This document shows positions 1-11,872 of a stretch of 64,000 nt of DNA, one piece after another. Origin of the DNA: Sminthopsis crassicaudata (Eukaryota); NCBI RefSeq assembly GCF_048593235.1, contig NC_133622.1, positions 236,313,198-236,377,197 on the forward strand. Reading direction: 5' to 3'. The translations under genes and the position numbers were made by a program. Position 1 is the first letter of the stretch. Each line of letters begins with the position of its first letter. Below the pieces are notes generated by a model that was given only the letters and a program-made list of their open reading frames with translations, was not told where the DNA came from and did no database searches.

Positions 1-599
1 TGAAATAACCATGTACATATGCACATACTCGGAATATATTTAATGCAGATGTAAACACTTGTAATGTTATACATATATCTAAACAAGCATATATGTACAT
101 AGACATAATTTCGAAATTATGTTCTATCACCCTGCTCCTTACCCCACCCCCCAAAGCGTAAGCTCCTTCAACAAAAGTAGGAACAATTTCTTTCCTTTTT
201 TGTTTTTGATTTTGTACATCCACTATGTACCTTGCACATAGTGGGCCCTTCGTAAAGATTTGTCGGATTTGGATTGACTTGCCATAGTTGAGGAGAACCC
301 TCTGTGGTTTACTGTATAGGGTGTTGCCTTCACCTCCATTTTACAGGATTATAAATCCTCATTAATGCCGCTCGTTTGCAGACTGGCTCATTTGTGAGTA
401 GCAAGCTTTCCTGTTCAGTTCTTGCCTGGGGGAGCATAAACTCTACGAATAACAGGAATTCTGGCCAGAGTCTAGTTATCTCAGAGGAAACAAGTCATTG
501 ATTCCCCCCCCCCTTCATTTATTCCTCTGCGCCTCTTTTGCTAGAGGGAAGGAGGATACAGAAAGCTGGCAAGGAAGCATTACCCTCACATTCCCAAGC

Positions 600-1300
600 C
601 TAGTATTTTACCCTCAGACAAAGCCGGTTAAGAGAAGGGATTCGGGAGCTCTGGGCGAGGAATTTGGGCTGGCGATTATGTGGAAGGGATCACTTCGTGG
701 GAGCAGGAGGAGGAGGAGGAGGAGGAAGACACTCTCCCACCCGTACCCCCAAAGCTCGCTCCCTCCCGGAGCCAGGGACCCTGGAGGAAAAAATACAGCC
801 TGACAAGAGTTCACATGTAACAGGAGAGTGCCAGCGGCCGCCAGCCGGGCTGCCGGGTGCGGGTGGCCAGCCGAGCAGCTGCCTAGGTCTGGAGGTGGAG
901 ATAAGCGCCTGTGGGGGAGGGCTGGGAGGGTCCGGGATGGGGAGGGGGTTGGGTCGCGAGATAAGAGCTCCTCCTCCTCCTCCTCCTCCTCCGTTTGGCT
1001 TCTAGGGAACCATTTTGCGGGATTCATTGCGACCATTTTCCCAGCTTGCGAGAGCACCTTTAAAATGCCAGCGTTCGGCTCGGAAGAGCGAGCTCCCGCA
1101 GGCCAAAGTTCTGGCGAGTGCTCCCTGTTGCGGCTCCCCGGCAGAGAGGAACAGGGCGGCAGCCGGGGAGACCAGAACCCGAAGGGCTCTCTGCCAGGCC
1201 CACGGTCGTGTGGGAAAGACCCCGCCGGGGGGCTGGGTGAGGAAGGGACTGAGTTCGGACTCCCTGGGTCTCCTCTCTGGACGGGACCTGAGGGAGAAGC
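600..1300 (-). promoter_or_regulatory. CpG island with putative non-coding first exon of an unidentified minus-strand gene (CELF1 is the neighbour here in eutherians, but I could not confirm it)
   Basis: GC/CpG-rich island. On the minus strand there are two YY1-like AAAATGG motifs (~1004-1036) and a candidate donor GG|GTACGG at 746-741. No recognisable coding sequence. Confidence 0.35.
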
Positions 1301-1417
1301 AGCGGGGGCTCATAACCAATGATTTCTAAGCCATCCAAAGCCGAGTGATCTCAGCCAGAGGCTTCTCGTTACCTTCGGGTCTGTTTCCTTACCTTTAAAA
1401 TGAGGTTGGATTACAGA

Positions 1418-1626
1418 CAGGGGCTCTTAACCTGGGATCCACCAAAGAGGTCATTGGATAGATTTCAGGAGATCTGTGAATTTGGGTGTGAAAACATTTC
1501 ATCTTTTATCTTCATTAAGCTCTAGCATTTCCTTTAGTCAATTAAAACATGGTTTAGAGAAGGACCCTATAGACTTCACTAAACTGTCAAGAGAGGTCCA
1601 AGATTCACAGAGGGGCCAGATCCCCT
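1418..1626. mobile_element. hAT-Charlie/MER5-like non-autonomous DNA transposon remnant
   Basis: Starts CAGGGGCTCTTAACCT (Charlie-type terminal repeat) and ends in CCCCTG. Family assigned from recalled consensus only. Confidence 0.4.
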
Positions 1627-3099
1627 GAAAAAGAGGATTTCTAAAGTCTCTTCTAGGGGCATAGCCCAAGATCTAAAGTTAAAAGGGTGCTGACCCCCGG
1701 GGGGGGGGGGGGGGGGGGTCTGTTGGGAATGGAATCACCAGGGGGCCTGGCCATTCAGTATTCTACAAGTCAGCACACATTCTGTACACTCTTTATTCCA
1801 GGGACTACCACAAAAAGAAGTTGAACCTTAGGACCATAGATCTGGAATTGGGAGGGGACCCACTGGCCAATTAGTTAGCCTCTCCCCCCTGACCCCATAT
1901 TGATGGAGAAATGAATGTCCACAGAGGTGATATGACTCCTCCAAGATAACACAGGTAATAAGCTTTTAAGAGACAGCATTTGAACCCAGGCCTCATGATT
2001 CCAGAGAGCCAACAGGCTACTGGAGACAAGTTTTGGGGCTTGTTAGTTTTTTTTTTTAAATGTTTAAAATGCTGGGGTACTGCTATATTCAATCTTTTCT
2101 TTATACTATGATTAATCATTTTTGTTTTGTAAATTTAGGGTTTTAGGGAAATTAGATCAAAGATATGTACAATCATTTGCAAGCTTTTTTTTTTTTTTTT
2201 TACCTAACCCTGCATTTCTTATTCTCTTGTTTCCCTCATAACTCAGGCCAAGAGCCATTTCTAGGAAAAGCCCTCCTTATCATAAGCTGCTAGGATTGTT
2301 GTTTTATGCCTTTCATTCTGGAGGATGACTATGACATCTGGGAGGTGATGCTGCTAGGAAGAAAGCTTTTGAGGAGTGATTCTTCTTACTTTTTATCTTT
2401 AGCACCCAAAAGATATTTAATAAATCTCATTGACTGATTCCTTTACCTTTCTATTTATTTTGTCGTGTTTCCTTGTATAAACTATAAGCTCTTTTCGGAG
2501 CACGACTGTTTGTTGTTTTTGTAACTCCACTGCCGGCTATGTAATTGGCAATTAACATGCTTATTGTTTTGTTCTTATATTTGAAACCTCATTCTTATTA
2601 AGGGGAGCTTCAATTTAAAAAAAAACACATTTTAAAAGATAAAAACAAGTTTGAATTTTTGTTCTTCAACAAGATGCAACAAACGATAAGGAAGCATCTC
2701 CTATGTGCAAGAACCAGATCAGGTTTTCCTACATGGCGTCAGGGCACCTAAATGGATCTCCTTTTCTCCGTCCCTACCAACTCCCCCCCCCCCCCTCCTC
2801 GCCCCTCCACCACATTCCTACAAACCACACCCCCGCAAAACGCAAGCTCTCCAAGGTGGGTCACTTTTCCTCCCAGCGCTTGCTGCCCCCAGCTCATAGC
2901 TGGTACGGAAGGCGTCTGGTCCAGAAAGGGTCGCGTCGCTCACTTTCTCTGGGCTTGTCTTCTTACTGGTCGCCACCTTTTAGGGAGGAGATGGTAACTA
3001 AGAAGCGCCCAGAGGGACGGAGGCTAGGTCCAGAGCTAGTCTTTGACTCTGCTTTAGGGAGACAAAAAGAAGTCTTTTAGCCTCGTAACTGTGCGAGGA

Positions 3100-4650
3100 A
3101 AACTAGGAACCACGCGGGAAAGCCTTCCCGGCCCGTGGGGAGTACAGGCGGAGCGGAGGTCTCTCCGGTAACAGGTGGCATCGCCGGCGAGAACGGACTG
3201 CCCCGAACGAAAAGCTTCACGGGAACTTCAGTCCCCTTCCCGGCCGGGGGCGGGACAGGTGCCCGAGGCTTGGAGGCCCTTTCCTCTCTCTCCGCAGCGC
3301 GGCTTCGTACTCAGAGGCCCCGACCGCGAACTTCAGTTTCTCTCGTTTTCATTTAGCCCACCGCCTTCCTTCCTCTCTATTGGCCCGCGGTTCTGCCGGT
3401 ATCCCTCGGGCTCTGCCGGCGGGCCTCCCCATTGGACGAGGCCGACGAGCGGCCGCGGGAGGGCGGGTCCGTTCCTCTTCCGGGTCCCGCCCTCATGCCG
3501 CCGGTGCCCGCCCCCTCGCTCCCCTCCGGGGCCACCGCCCAGCCCCTTCAGAAGCTGAGCCTAGACTTGGTTACCGACTCTGGAGGCTCGCAGCCGCCTA
3601 GTCAGCTATCCTTGTTCCCGGGCACGTCATCGGGAAGCTCTGGGCTCAGCGCGGAGGCGGTTGTGGAGGAGCGAGGGCGGAGGCCGAGCTGGCGCTATAG
3701 ACGAGGCCAGAGCCGGAGCCGGAGTCGGAGCCGGGAGCTCCAGCCGGAGCTCCTGAGCCCGGATCCAAGGTCAGGCCTGAACACGGACTCCTCGCGCTGG
3801 GCCCGCACCGGCATGGCGGCCTCATCGGTGCTGAGCGCCGGCCTGGCGCGGATTCTCTTCTATCCGACGCTTCTGTACACGCTGATGCGCGACAAGGTGT
3901 CGGGACCCGGCCACCGCGAGTGGTACCACCGCATCGACTCCACCGTGCTGTTGGGCGCACTGCCGCTGCGCAGCCTCACGCGCCGGGTGAGCGGGAGGGA
4001 GGAGGGATGCAGGGAGGAGTCGGAGGCACTGCCGCTGCGCAGCCTCTCGCGCCGGGGAGAGCGGGAAATGGAAGGGGAGCTGCCAGGCACCCTTCCCCCA
4101 GCCTCTGCGGCCGGGTGTCCCGGCGCCGCCGCCGCGCAGCCTCACGTGCCGAGAGTCTGAGGGACGGGACCGTGCCGGGAGGGGGGGCAGGGATCTGGGC
4201 CGCCCGGGGCTTCCCCCTCTGCGCTGCTGGCTCTGGTCGCGAACGGCCTGGATGGGGGAGGTGTGGGGCTTGAGCCTGGGCTCTCGGGGCACGGCTCGGC
4301 GGAAACCAGCGTGCCTGGAAGGGCCTGGCTCGCGGGAGAGTCTCCGGGTCCTCTAGCCGGGCCGAGAACCGAAGCGATTGGCTCGCGTTGTCCGGGGCGG
4401 TCCCTGAGGCGGATCTGAACCCAGGGCTTCGCTTTCTGCAGAGGTCCGGCCCCCCCTCATTTTTAGACGGCCAGAAAAGGCATGGCTCTCTGGGAGCCGA
4501 GCGGAGCCGGCGTCTCGGTCCTGGTCCCGGGCCGGGAGGGGGCGCCTCCACCGCTGGGAAGTCTGCCCGACGGGCCGGAAACTCGCTGGAGCTGTCCAGA
4601 GTGAAACTCCGCTGCCGAAGCTTCCGGAAAGAACGTTCTCTAGTTCAGGA
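3100..4650 (+). promoter_or_regulatory. PTPMT1: PTPMT1 CpG island promoter
   Basis: CpG-rich and spans exon 1. Reverse CCAAT boxes (ATTGG) at 3379-3383 and 3431-3435, GC boxes, ETS-like CTTCCGG near 3477. Confidence 0.75.
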
Positions 4651-7600
4651 GGAGGGGGTCACCTCAAACTCAGAGCCTTCCACGAGCGTCAGCCCTTTCT
4701 GGGGCAAGGCTATGTGGGAAGAACTGGCAGTCAGGGAAGCTGGCCTTGAGCTTAGGGGTTAAACTGTTCTTTGTGCAGACTTTGGAGCTTTCCTTGGCAA
4801 ACTGAGATTGGGAACTTAGCGCCCTGCGTCCTTTCATCTTCCTAATAAATACAAGGTGTCGCCAAATGTAGGAGGGAACCTCCCCCCAACAAAAGGAGAC
4901 ACAACGCGGAAGGAAAGTTTGAAAAATGGAGTGGCTCTCCTTTTCTTTCTACAGCTAATAGAGGAGGAGAATGTTCGAGCAGTGATCACCATGAATGAAG
5001 AATATGAGACGAGATTCCTGTGCAACACTTTTGAGGTGAGGGCTTCAGGAAATCAATGCCACCCAAACCCGCCAAGCACACTCTCCCTCAAATCGCACTC
5101 AGGATTTGTAGAGTGGGGTGGGGGAGGGGAGCAGACTGAAGGAATATCTACACGGTCTGAGCATTTCCAGCACCCTAAAATCCTGAAGAAATACAGAAAA
5201 TTGACCTTGGGTCATACACAATTAGTTATTTCTTCAACCTTACAGAAACGAAGGATCTTATTAAAGTCTTTTTTTCCCTTTTAAACTAAACTAATTTAGG
5301 GGCAGCTAGGTGGCGCAGTGGAGAGAGCACCAGCCCTGAATTCAGGAGGTTTAAATCTGGTCTCAGACACTTAACACTTCCTAGCTGTGTGACCCTGGGC
5401 AAGTCACTTAACCCCAGCCTCAGAAAAAATAAATAAATAAAAATAAACTAAACTAATTTATATTGTAGATAAGAGAGGAAAAAAAACCTGCATTTTGAAA
5501 GCAAATTTATTACAGTTTAAAATGAGTACATTTATTCCAGAGTTGTACACAATGTCATTTCAGGTTCTGTGACAAATAAAAATTGGCACTGTTGGATAAG
5601 AATATAAACGAGGCCCTTTGTTAAACAAAACTTAGGTCCATGCTAGCTATTAAAAGAAGATTCACCATTCTCACTAGACAGATTATTGTTTCTATCATCT
5701 CTACAATCCAAGTTACTAGAAAATTTGAAAATTCTACAAGGACTTTCTGTAGGTCCTATACTGTAGAAATATGTCTTCATGATAATAAAGTGATAAAATA
5801 CTAACCTATTTCCTATCAGTTTGGGGAGAACATGAGTTTGTGGGAAACATTTTAAATCAGAAATACTCCAGAGCCTTTGCCGGGCTGCCCATTTGGGGAG
5901 TGCTTAACACGAGCAAATTAGTCACTAAAATTTTCTGTCTGTCTTGCTCACTCCTTAGGAAAGCTATTTCTTTTCAAAAGACCCGAGAAACTTTAAAGCT
6001 CATTTTTGAATGTTCTAAGATCTTTTTTTGGACTTCAAAAGCATTGACCTTAAAGATCATTAGTCAAACTTTAAAATATAGATTAGTCCTATCAGTTGTA
6101 GGGCAAGTGAAGGATATACATTTTCTACAGAATAGCCCTGGATTAGGTTTGCCAAATTCAGATTGGGAAAAACATGATTACCTTCTGTAACCTTGAATAT
6201 TAATACTTAAAAAAAAAAAATCCAAAATAACACATTGCATGTATTTATGGCTTTATGTTCACTTATCAATATTTTTTAAACTATGGCCATTACTCACGTT
6301 TTAGGGTTTTCCAAGTAAGACTGAGACCTAATTGATTACGTATACACTGCCAAAATCCTATAAAATACTCTATATTTGCAGCTTTTCTTTCAAGCAAATA
6401 TACAAAGACTGCTGTGTTGATTTAAATTTGAAATTTTTGTTTCCCAGATAATTTATGCACCCTCTTCTGTTTCTTAGACCTATATTTCTCCCATCTTCCA
6501 ATGGGAATTCTTCCATACCGACATAGAGAATCTGTAAAATAGTTCTATATAACCTATCAATCACTCAGGTACCAAGATGATCCAAAGACAGAATCACACA
6601 ATTCTACCTCTGTTAGATATTCTGTAATGGAAAATTCTGTAAAAGGAAATTAAAATAGCCAAGAGATGCATTAAAAAAAAAAAAAATTTGTTTTAAATCT
6701 TTAAAATGTTCCCACCATTAAAAGATCAACTCTTCTTTCATTAAATATTAACACCCTAAGATCCACTATTTTGGAGAACTTTGTGCAGTAGGCTTGATTT
6801 TACAGAACAAGGAACATTCAATTTTACTTAGATAACATTAAATTAACCCTGGTAATTGTTTTGTTCTGGTGAATCTAGTGCGTTCATCCACATACCAATC
6901 ACATTGTGTTTCACTTTATTTACCTTCATATCAGCCACATTTTTAAATTTTCTTTTTCTAATGGTGGAATTGCTTTCAGGAATGGAAAGCAGTTGGAGTA
7001 GAGCAATTGCGTCTCAGCACAGTGGATATGACTGGAGTCCCAACTTTGGAAAACCTAAAGAAAGGTGTCCAGTTCACACTCAAGTATATGACACTGGGGA
7101 AATGTGTCTATGTTCATTGCAAGGCTGGGCGTTCCAGAAGTGCCACCATGGTGGCAGCCTATTTGATGCAGGTATGAGTTTGGGCAGAGTTCCATACAAA
7201 TCCTTGCAGGGACCCATCCCAGACTTCAAAATTGGCCTGCTACTAGATCACTTGGCTCTTGAGAAGGGAGCCACCGAAGAGCAGGTGACCAGTCCAAATT
7301 CTAGCTTGTCCCTGATGGCAGTCTTTAGGTTAGTTCTCCCCCTGTAAAAAGAGTAAAGTTCTAAGGACTTTGTATCACTCCTAGCACCTATGAGTGCTAT
7401 GTCCTTAAAAGTCACTTAACAAATGATTACTCAGTGAATGAATGTATTTCTACATCAAGAACTGATGAAGCACATGGAGCTTGAAAAGAAAGAGAACAAT
7501 ATTTTCTAGGCAGCAATGAGCCCAAACAGATTTCTTTTGGTATTCCAATTAACTGTTGGTGGGAGTGATGCTTTACCTTCTGTTAAAAGAGTTTCAGGAG

Positions 7601-8253
7601 AAGGCCTGAAGGACAAAACCTTGAATTATCAGGCAAGGCCTTCAAAGGAATCCCAACTATCTCCATTTCTGATTTAATGCAGCAGCCTTGATATAGAGCA
7701 GTGAGAGAAACAGGAGTTGGTTTTCATTGTCTTGATGAATTTCTTGCCTTGCTCTCCTTAAAATTCTTAGTTCCTCATTTTGGAAAGAAATAGTTGGCAG
7801 TTCAGGCTTCTCTCCATGACTAGGTTACAATAAGTCTCTACTCTGTAGCACTACCAGCTTATAGAAGTTTCTTAAAGCAAGAACAAGTACATAATATGGG
7901 AAACAATTACTGCTTACCTCCCAAGAGTCTTCAAATTGTGTGTATAGAGAAAGCTGAAACATAAAGTACCATTGAATAAAATTCAGTTCAAAATGACTTG
8001 AGCGAAAGTCATTAGCATCTGGTCTTTGGGTTTGTACAGAGACACTCTTCCCTTCATTCATATCTTCCTCACTTTCCTTTTACTCCAGGTATATAACTGG
8101 AGTCCAGAGGAGGCCGTGAAAGCTATTGCTGACATCCGTTCCCACATCCACATCCGACCTGGGCAGGTAGAGGTCCTCAAGGAATTCCACAGACAGGTCA
8201 TGGCTGAAGCAGAAAAAACTAACGTTTCCCAAAAAGAACCAGCTGATGAATGA
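3813..8253 (+). CDS. PTPMT1: Mitochondrial phosphatidylglycerophosphatase / protein-tyrosine phosphatase 1 (203 aa)
   Basis: join(3813..3986,4955..5035,6980..7171,8089..8253) = 612 nt, all introns GT-AG. Starts MAASSVLSAGLARILFYPTLLYTL; DSP catalytic loop VHCKAGRSRSAT (CX5R) in exon 3. Confidence 0.97.
5299..5444 (+). mobile_element. WSINE1-type marsupial SINE with perfect 16-bp target-site duplication
   Basis: tRNA-like head GGGGCAGCTAGGTGGCGCAGTGG, body to ACCCCAGCCTCAG, A-rich tail. TSD AAACTAAACTAATTTA at 5283-5298 and 5445-5460. Confidence 0.85.
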
Positions 8254-8300
8254 AGTAGGAAAACTGGAAAGAACTCTTAAGACTCTGCAGCTCGTTACAG

Positions 8301-8306
8301 AATAAA
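8301..8306 (+). terminator. PTPMT1: Proximal polyadenylation signal candidate for PTPMT1
   Basis: AATAAA 47 nt after the TGA. Further AATAAA at 8886-8891 and 8929-8934. Confidence 0.5.
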
Positions 8307-8784
8307 CAAATGCATTCATTGGACCCTGGGGGCTGTAACTTGTAATAGGCAGAAAACATCCTGCTCTACCAGAAATGTGGCAAAAGAATGGATAAACCAT
8401 CCTTTTTTTGTCTGCTTTGCTTTGCTTCGGTCTCAGAAAACTATTCATTCTGCAACAGAAACTAAATGTAAACTTGGTTCTTAATAGATTTTATCTTTTA
8501 CTACATAGGGGCCGAGAAAAATTCCATTTGATAAATATATATTGAGGCCCCATGTGCCCAATATTTTTCCTCTTAGCATTTGTCATTGCAAAGCATTTTA
8601 GCCCTGGAAAAGGGGAAGAGAAAGGTCTTAGGCTCTTGACCTTTACAGATGTCATTTTCTTGGATGTCATTGATCCTGGATGAGAAAATGTCACAGCAAC
8701 AAGTCTTGGGTATATAGCCACATGGCTTTAGGAGGTGATCCATTCAATGGTAGACACAAACACATATATATCCCATCAAAGACT

Positions 8785-8790
8785 TTTATT
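8785..8790 (-). terminator. KBTBD4: Polyadenylation signal candidate for KBTBD4
   Basis: TTTATT on + (AATAAA on -) about 715 nt past the KBTBD4 stop. Confidence 0.6.
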
Positions 8791-9505
8791 AACAAGAACA
8801 GTCCTGGCATTTGCCTGGGTTCACAGCCTCTACAAGAAGAGGGGCTATTTCCACAATGCAAAAACAGTTTCTGCTATGGATCAGAAATAAAATCTTGTGC
8901 CCCAAAGATAGCCATGGGGTAACCTAGAAATAAATGCCATTTACTTTGACCAATGAGAAGACATCAGAGAATTCCACTTCATCATTGTAGTCCCTAAAGG
9001 GCAACCAAGCAATAGCTGAGGCCAAAACCATAGATCAGAGACTGAAGGAGAACTGCAAACTAACGCTTTTCTTTAGTTCACAAGGAAATAGCATCCCTTC
9101 CATTGCTTCGGTTCCCTGAAAAGAAAAGGCCCCTTTAGGCCCTCGTGTTTAACATAGTTCAGACAGAGGGAAGGCTATGCCACAAAGATTTGAGAATGGC
9201 TCTGTTTAAACCAAGCAAAAAAGTGCCTGGGGATTGTGAACAACAGGCTAGCCTACCCTTAATTCCAGGTAAGAGTCCGAGATGCCTCTGAGTAAAAAGC
9301 CCCAAAAGAATTGTAGCCTATTCCAGCTTGGAACCAGGCTGGAAGAATTTGCCTAAGGGGAGCAGCAGAAGGTAGCCTAGTGTACTTAGAGGCAGGATTC
9401 CTTGGAACAGTGGGTTAAAGGAGGTCTTTTGGGCTAGGATGAAGAAGGGAAGGAAGCATCCTGGGAAGAGGAAGGGCGAAGCTTTGCCTCCTCCTTGTCC
9501 AGGGC

Positions 9506-11872
9506 CTAGGCCAACACAAATTGCAGGTTGGTGAGCAACACCTTGATGCCACTGGTGACCGTTAGAGCCGAGGTGGCAGGGTCAAGCTTGTAGGTGCTGG
9601 CATCGCCCTTTTTGTAGTGGTCCCGGAATACATAAATGCTGCCGTTGCAGCTGGCAATCTTCCAGAGGGAGGGAGCCGAACTCCAGGCCTCAGGAAGGCA
9701 GAGCCTGGTGAAGCTATCCAGCAATGGGTTATAGCATGCTAGGGAGTCCCCCTCTGCTACGATGAAGACCAGATCCTTGTGGACAGCGGCATGCATGTGG
9801 CCTGCAAAAGGCAGCAGGTAGGGCTTCACGTGGCATTTCTCGGTCTCTGTATCAAAACACTGGATGAGCCGGGAAGGTTTGGTGAAGAAATCCAGGTCGT
9901 TCTCCTCGCCCCCTAGCAGATAGATGATTCCATTGAGATTAGCCCCAGCTGCTCCTGATACCGCCACCTCCAGCTGGCTAGTCTCTGTCCAGACGTTATC
10001 TCCCACGCGATAGTAGATCACAGCATTGGAAAGAGTATCTTGCAGGGTCTTGCCACCTAAAGAGTAGATGGCATCTTTTCCTGGCACAGAAACCAGGGTA
10101 TGCTGAAGCCGGTCACGGGGCAAGGGAGCACACCACTCCCAGTCAACAGTCGCATTATTGCACTTCCACATTCGACGGGGGATCGACCCACCTACCACAT
10201 ACAGGTCACCGCCATGCTTGCAGGCTGCTGTGATCTGGTGGCACAAACTGTTCTGGCCACTTACGCTGATAGAGTCATCCCCAGCACAGCGTAGGGAGAC
10301 AGCCAAGGAATGGGTTCGAGATGATTCCTTCCCAATCAGGTAGATGTGGACATTCTCACCGATTTCCTGTTCATATAATTAAAACACAAATTGTGTCATT
10401 CTTGAGTTCCAGCTGACAACGGCCTGACCCCAGTGAGCTCCCCTTCCCCCGACTGTCTTGCTCAAACTCACCCCCATCTGGTGACTATGGGAGGCTCAGC
10501 CTGGTTCCTATCACTGTCTTTGCAGAGCTTTTTAAGCTAGAGGAAGAGTTACTTGCACATCTCCAGCTGTTTTTACTGTAGCTCTAATTGTAGGGTCTAT
10601 GCCTTATCAAAGGTTTCCCAAGTTTGCTAATGATCAAGCTGAAATGGAAAGACCACATTTAGAAAGAAGCTGCATTGACAGACAAGTCCCAGCCCCCAAA
10701 GGGAACGAGACCAGAGTTTCATCTGTTTTATCGGCCTGGGGCAATAGACATTCTCTTGGGTGATCTTATTACAGTCCCTCAAGGCGGGCTTCCCTGGCCT
10801 TCTCTGCCTGTACCGGGGAGGCAGCCTGATAACAGGACTCTCAGAATTCCATACCTTTAAACTGGACTTGAGTGATTCGGAGAAACTCTCTCTCTCTTCT
10901 TTGTTGAAGTTGACCCAGGTTTCTATGGCCTCCGATGGGTTCTGGGAACGTGGGACACCATCTGGAGTAGGGAGAGAGCAGAGGGAACAGGCTGCCACGG
11001 TCATCCAGAGGACTCAGGGGCAAACAACACTTTCTCTTAGGAGAAAAATAACCAGCCTCAAATTAAGCTACCCCGGGTTGCTAAAGGGGGAAGAGGGGAG
11101 GGTTCGTGCCCTAAGGTTCCCGCTTCCCACAAGGGTGTGCAGAGCAAGGTGGGCTTCATCGGCCCCAACCCCGGGGATTCGCCCATGGGCGGCGGCGACT
11201 CCTTAAAATTGTTTCCAGCTGTTTGCGAGATGGAACACCCGCTGGGCTCCCGGGCCGGGGCGCCCCGCGCGCACGCGCTCTCCCGGGCTTACCTTTGATG
11301 ATGTCGGCGAGGAGGTGCTGGGGCAGGTGCAGGAACTCCTCGGTGTCCCGCAGCTGGGCCAGGTGCGTCTTGGCGCAGTGCTTGGCGGCGGCGTAGAGCT
11401 CGGGGTCGCTGTGGCGGTCGGCCAGCCACATCACCTGCAGGCAGTTGGCCACCTGCACGGTGCGGGCCAGGAAGCGCGAGCACTCCTCGAAGAGGGCGGT
11501 CAGCTGGTACATGTCGGACACCTCGTAGATGTCCTGCAGCTCCTCGGCGCGCAGCTTCACCGTGCCGTGGTAGATGTAGTCCACCAGCAGCTGGAACACG
11601 GACTCGCTGACGTCCTGCAGCACGATCACGCGGTTGTGCGCCTCCCGCAGCTTGGTCGTGAACATGGACCTGAAGAAGCAGCTCTGGGCCGACAGCACGA
11701 GCCGGTGCAGCTGGAACTCGCGGCCCTCCACCGAGATGGTCACGTCGGCGAAGAGCTCTTCCTCCAGGCACAGCTTCAGGATGCCCTGGGCCACGCGGCC
11801 CGAGTGGGACCGGTCCCGGAACGTGTAGTTCACGAAGTAGTTCTCCTCCGTCGAGTCCCCTGGCCACTCCAT
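9506..11872 (-). CDS. KBTBD4: Kelch repeat and BTB domain-containing protein 4 (515 aa), CUL3 E3 ligase adaptor
   Basis: complement(join(9506..10366,10855..10961,11293..11872)) = 1548 nt, GT-AG. BTB region ENYFVNYTFRDRSHSGRVAQG..FADVTISVEGREFQLHRLVLSAQS; Kelch repeats GGDLYVVGGSIPRRMWK; ends TNLQFVLA. Confidence 0.97.

Noticed and set aside
3223-3337. Two GAACTTCAGT motifs as ZNF143 (SBS) sites upstream of PTPMT1
   Set aside because: Only a partial match to ACTACAATTCCCA; too weak without binding data.
5299-5370. tRNA gene (A/B-box-like head), also at 44107 and 51603
   Set aside because: These are tRNA-derived SINE heads followed by a SINE body and A-tail; no cloverleaf.
8089-8094. GTATAT / GTGTCC at the starts of PTPMT1 exon 4 and NDUFS3 exon 4 (13305) as splice donors
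   Set aside because: They directly follow pyrimidine-tract acceptors and encode the expected Val; they are exon starts.
10150-10200. KBTBD4 Kelch loop GGSIPRRMWK, site of medulloblastoma gain-of-function indels
   Set aside because: The sequence matches the wild-type motif; no insertion.
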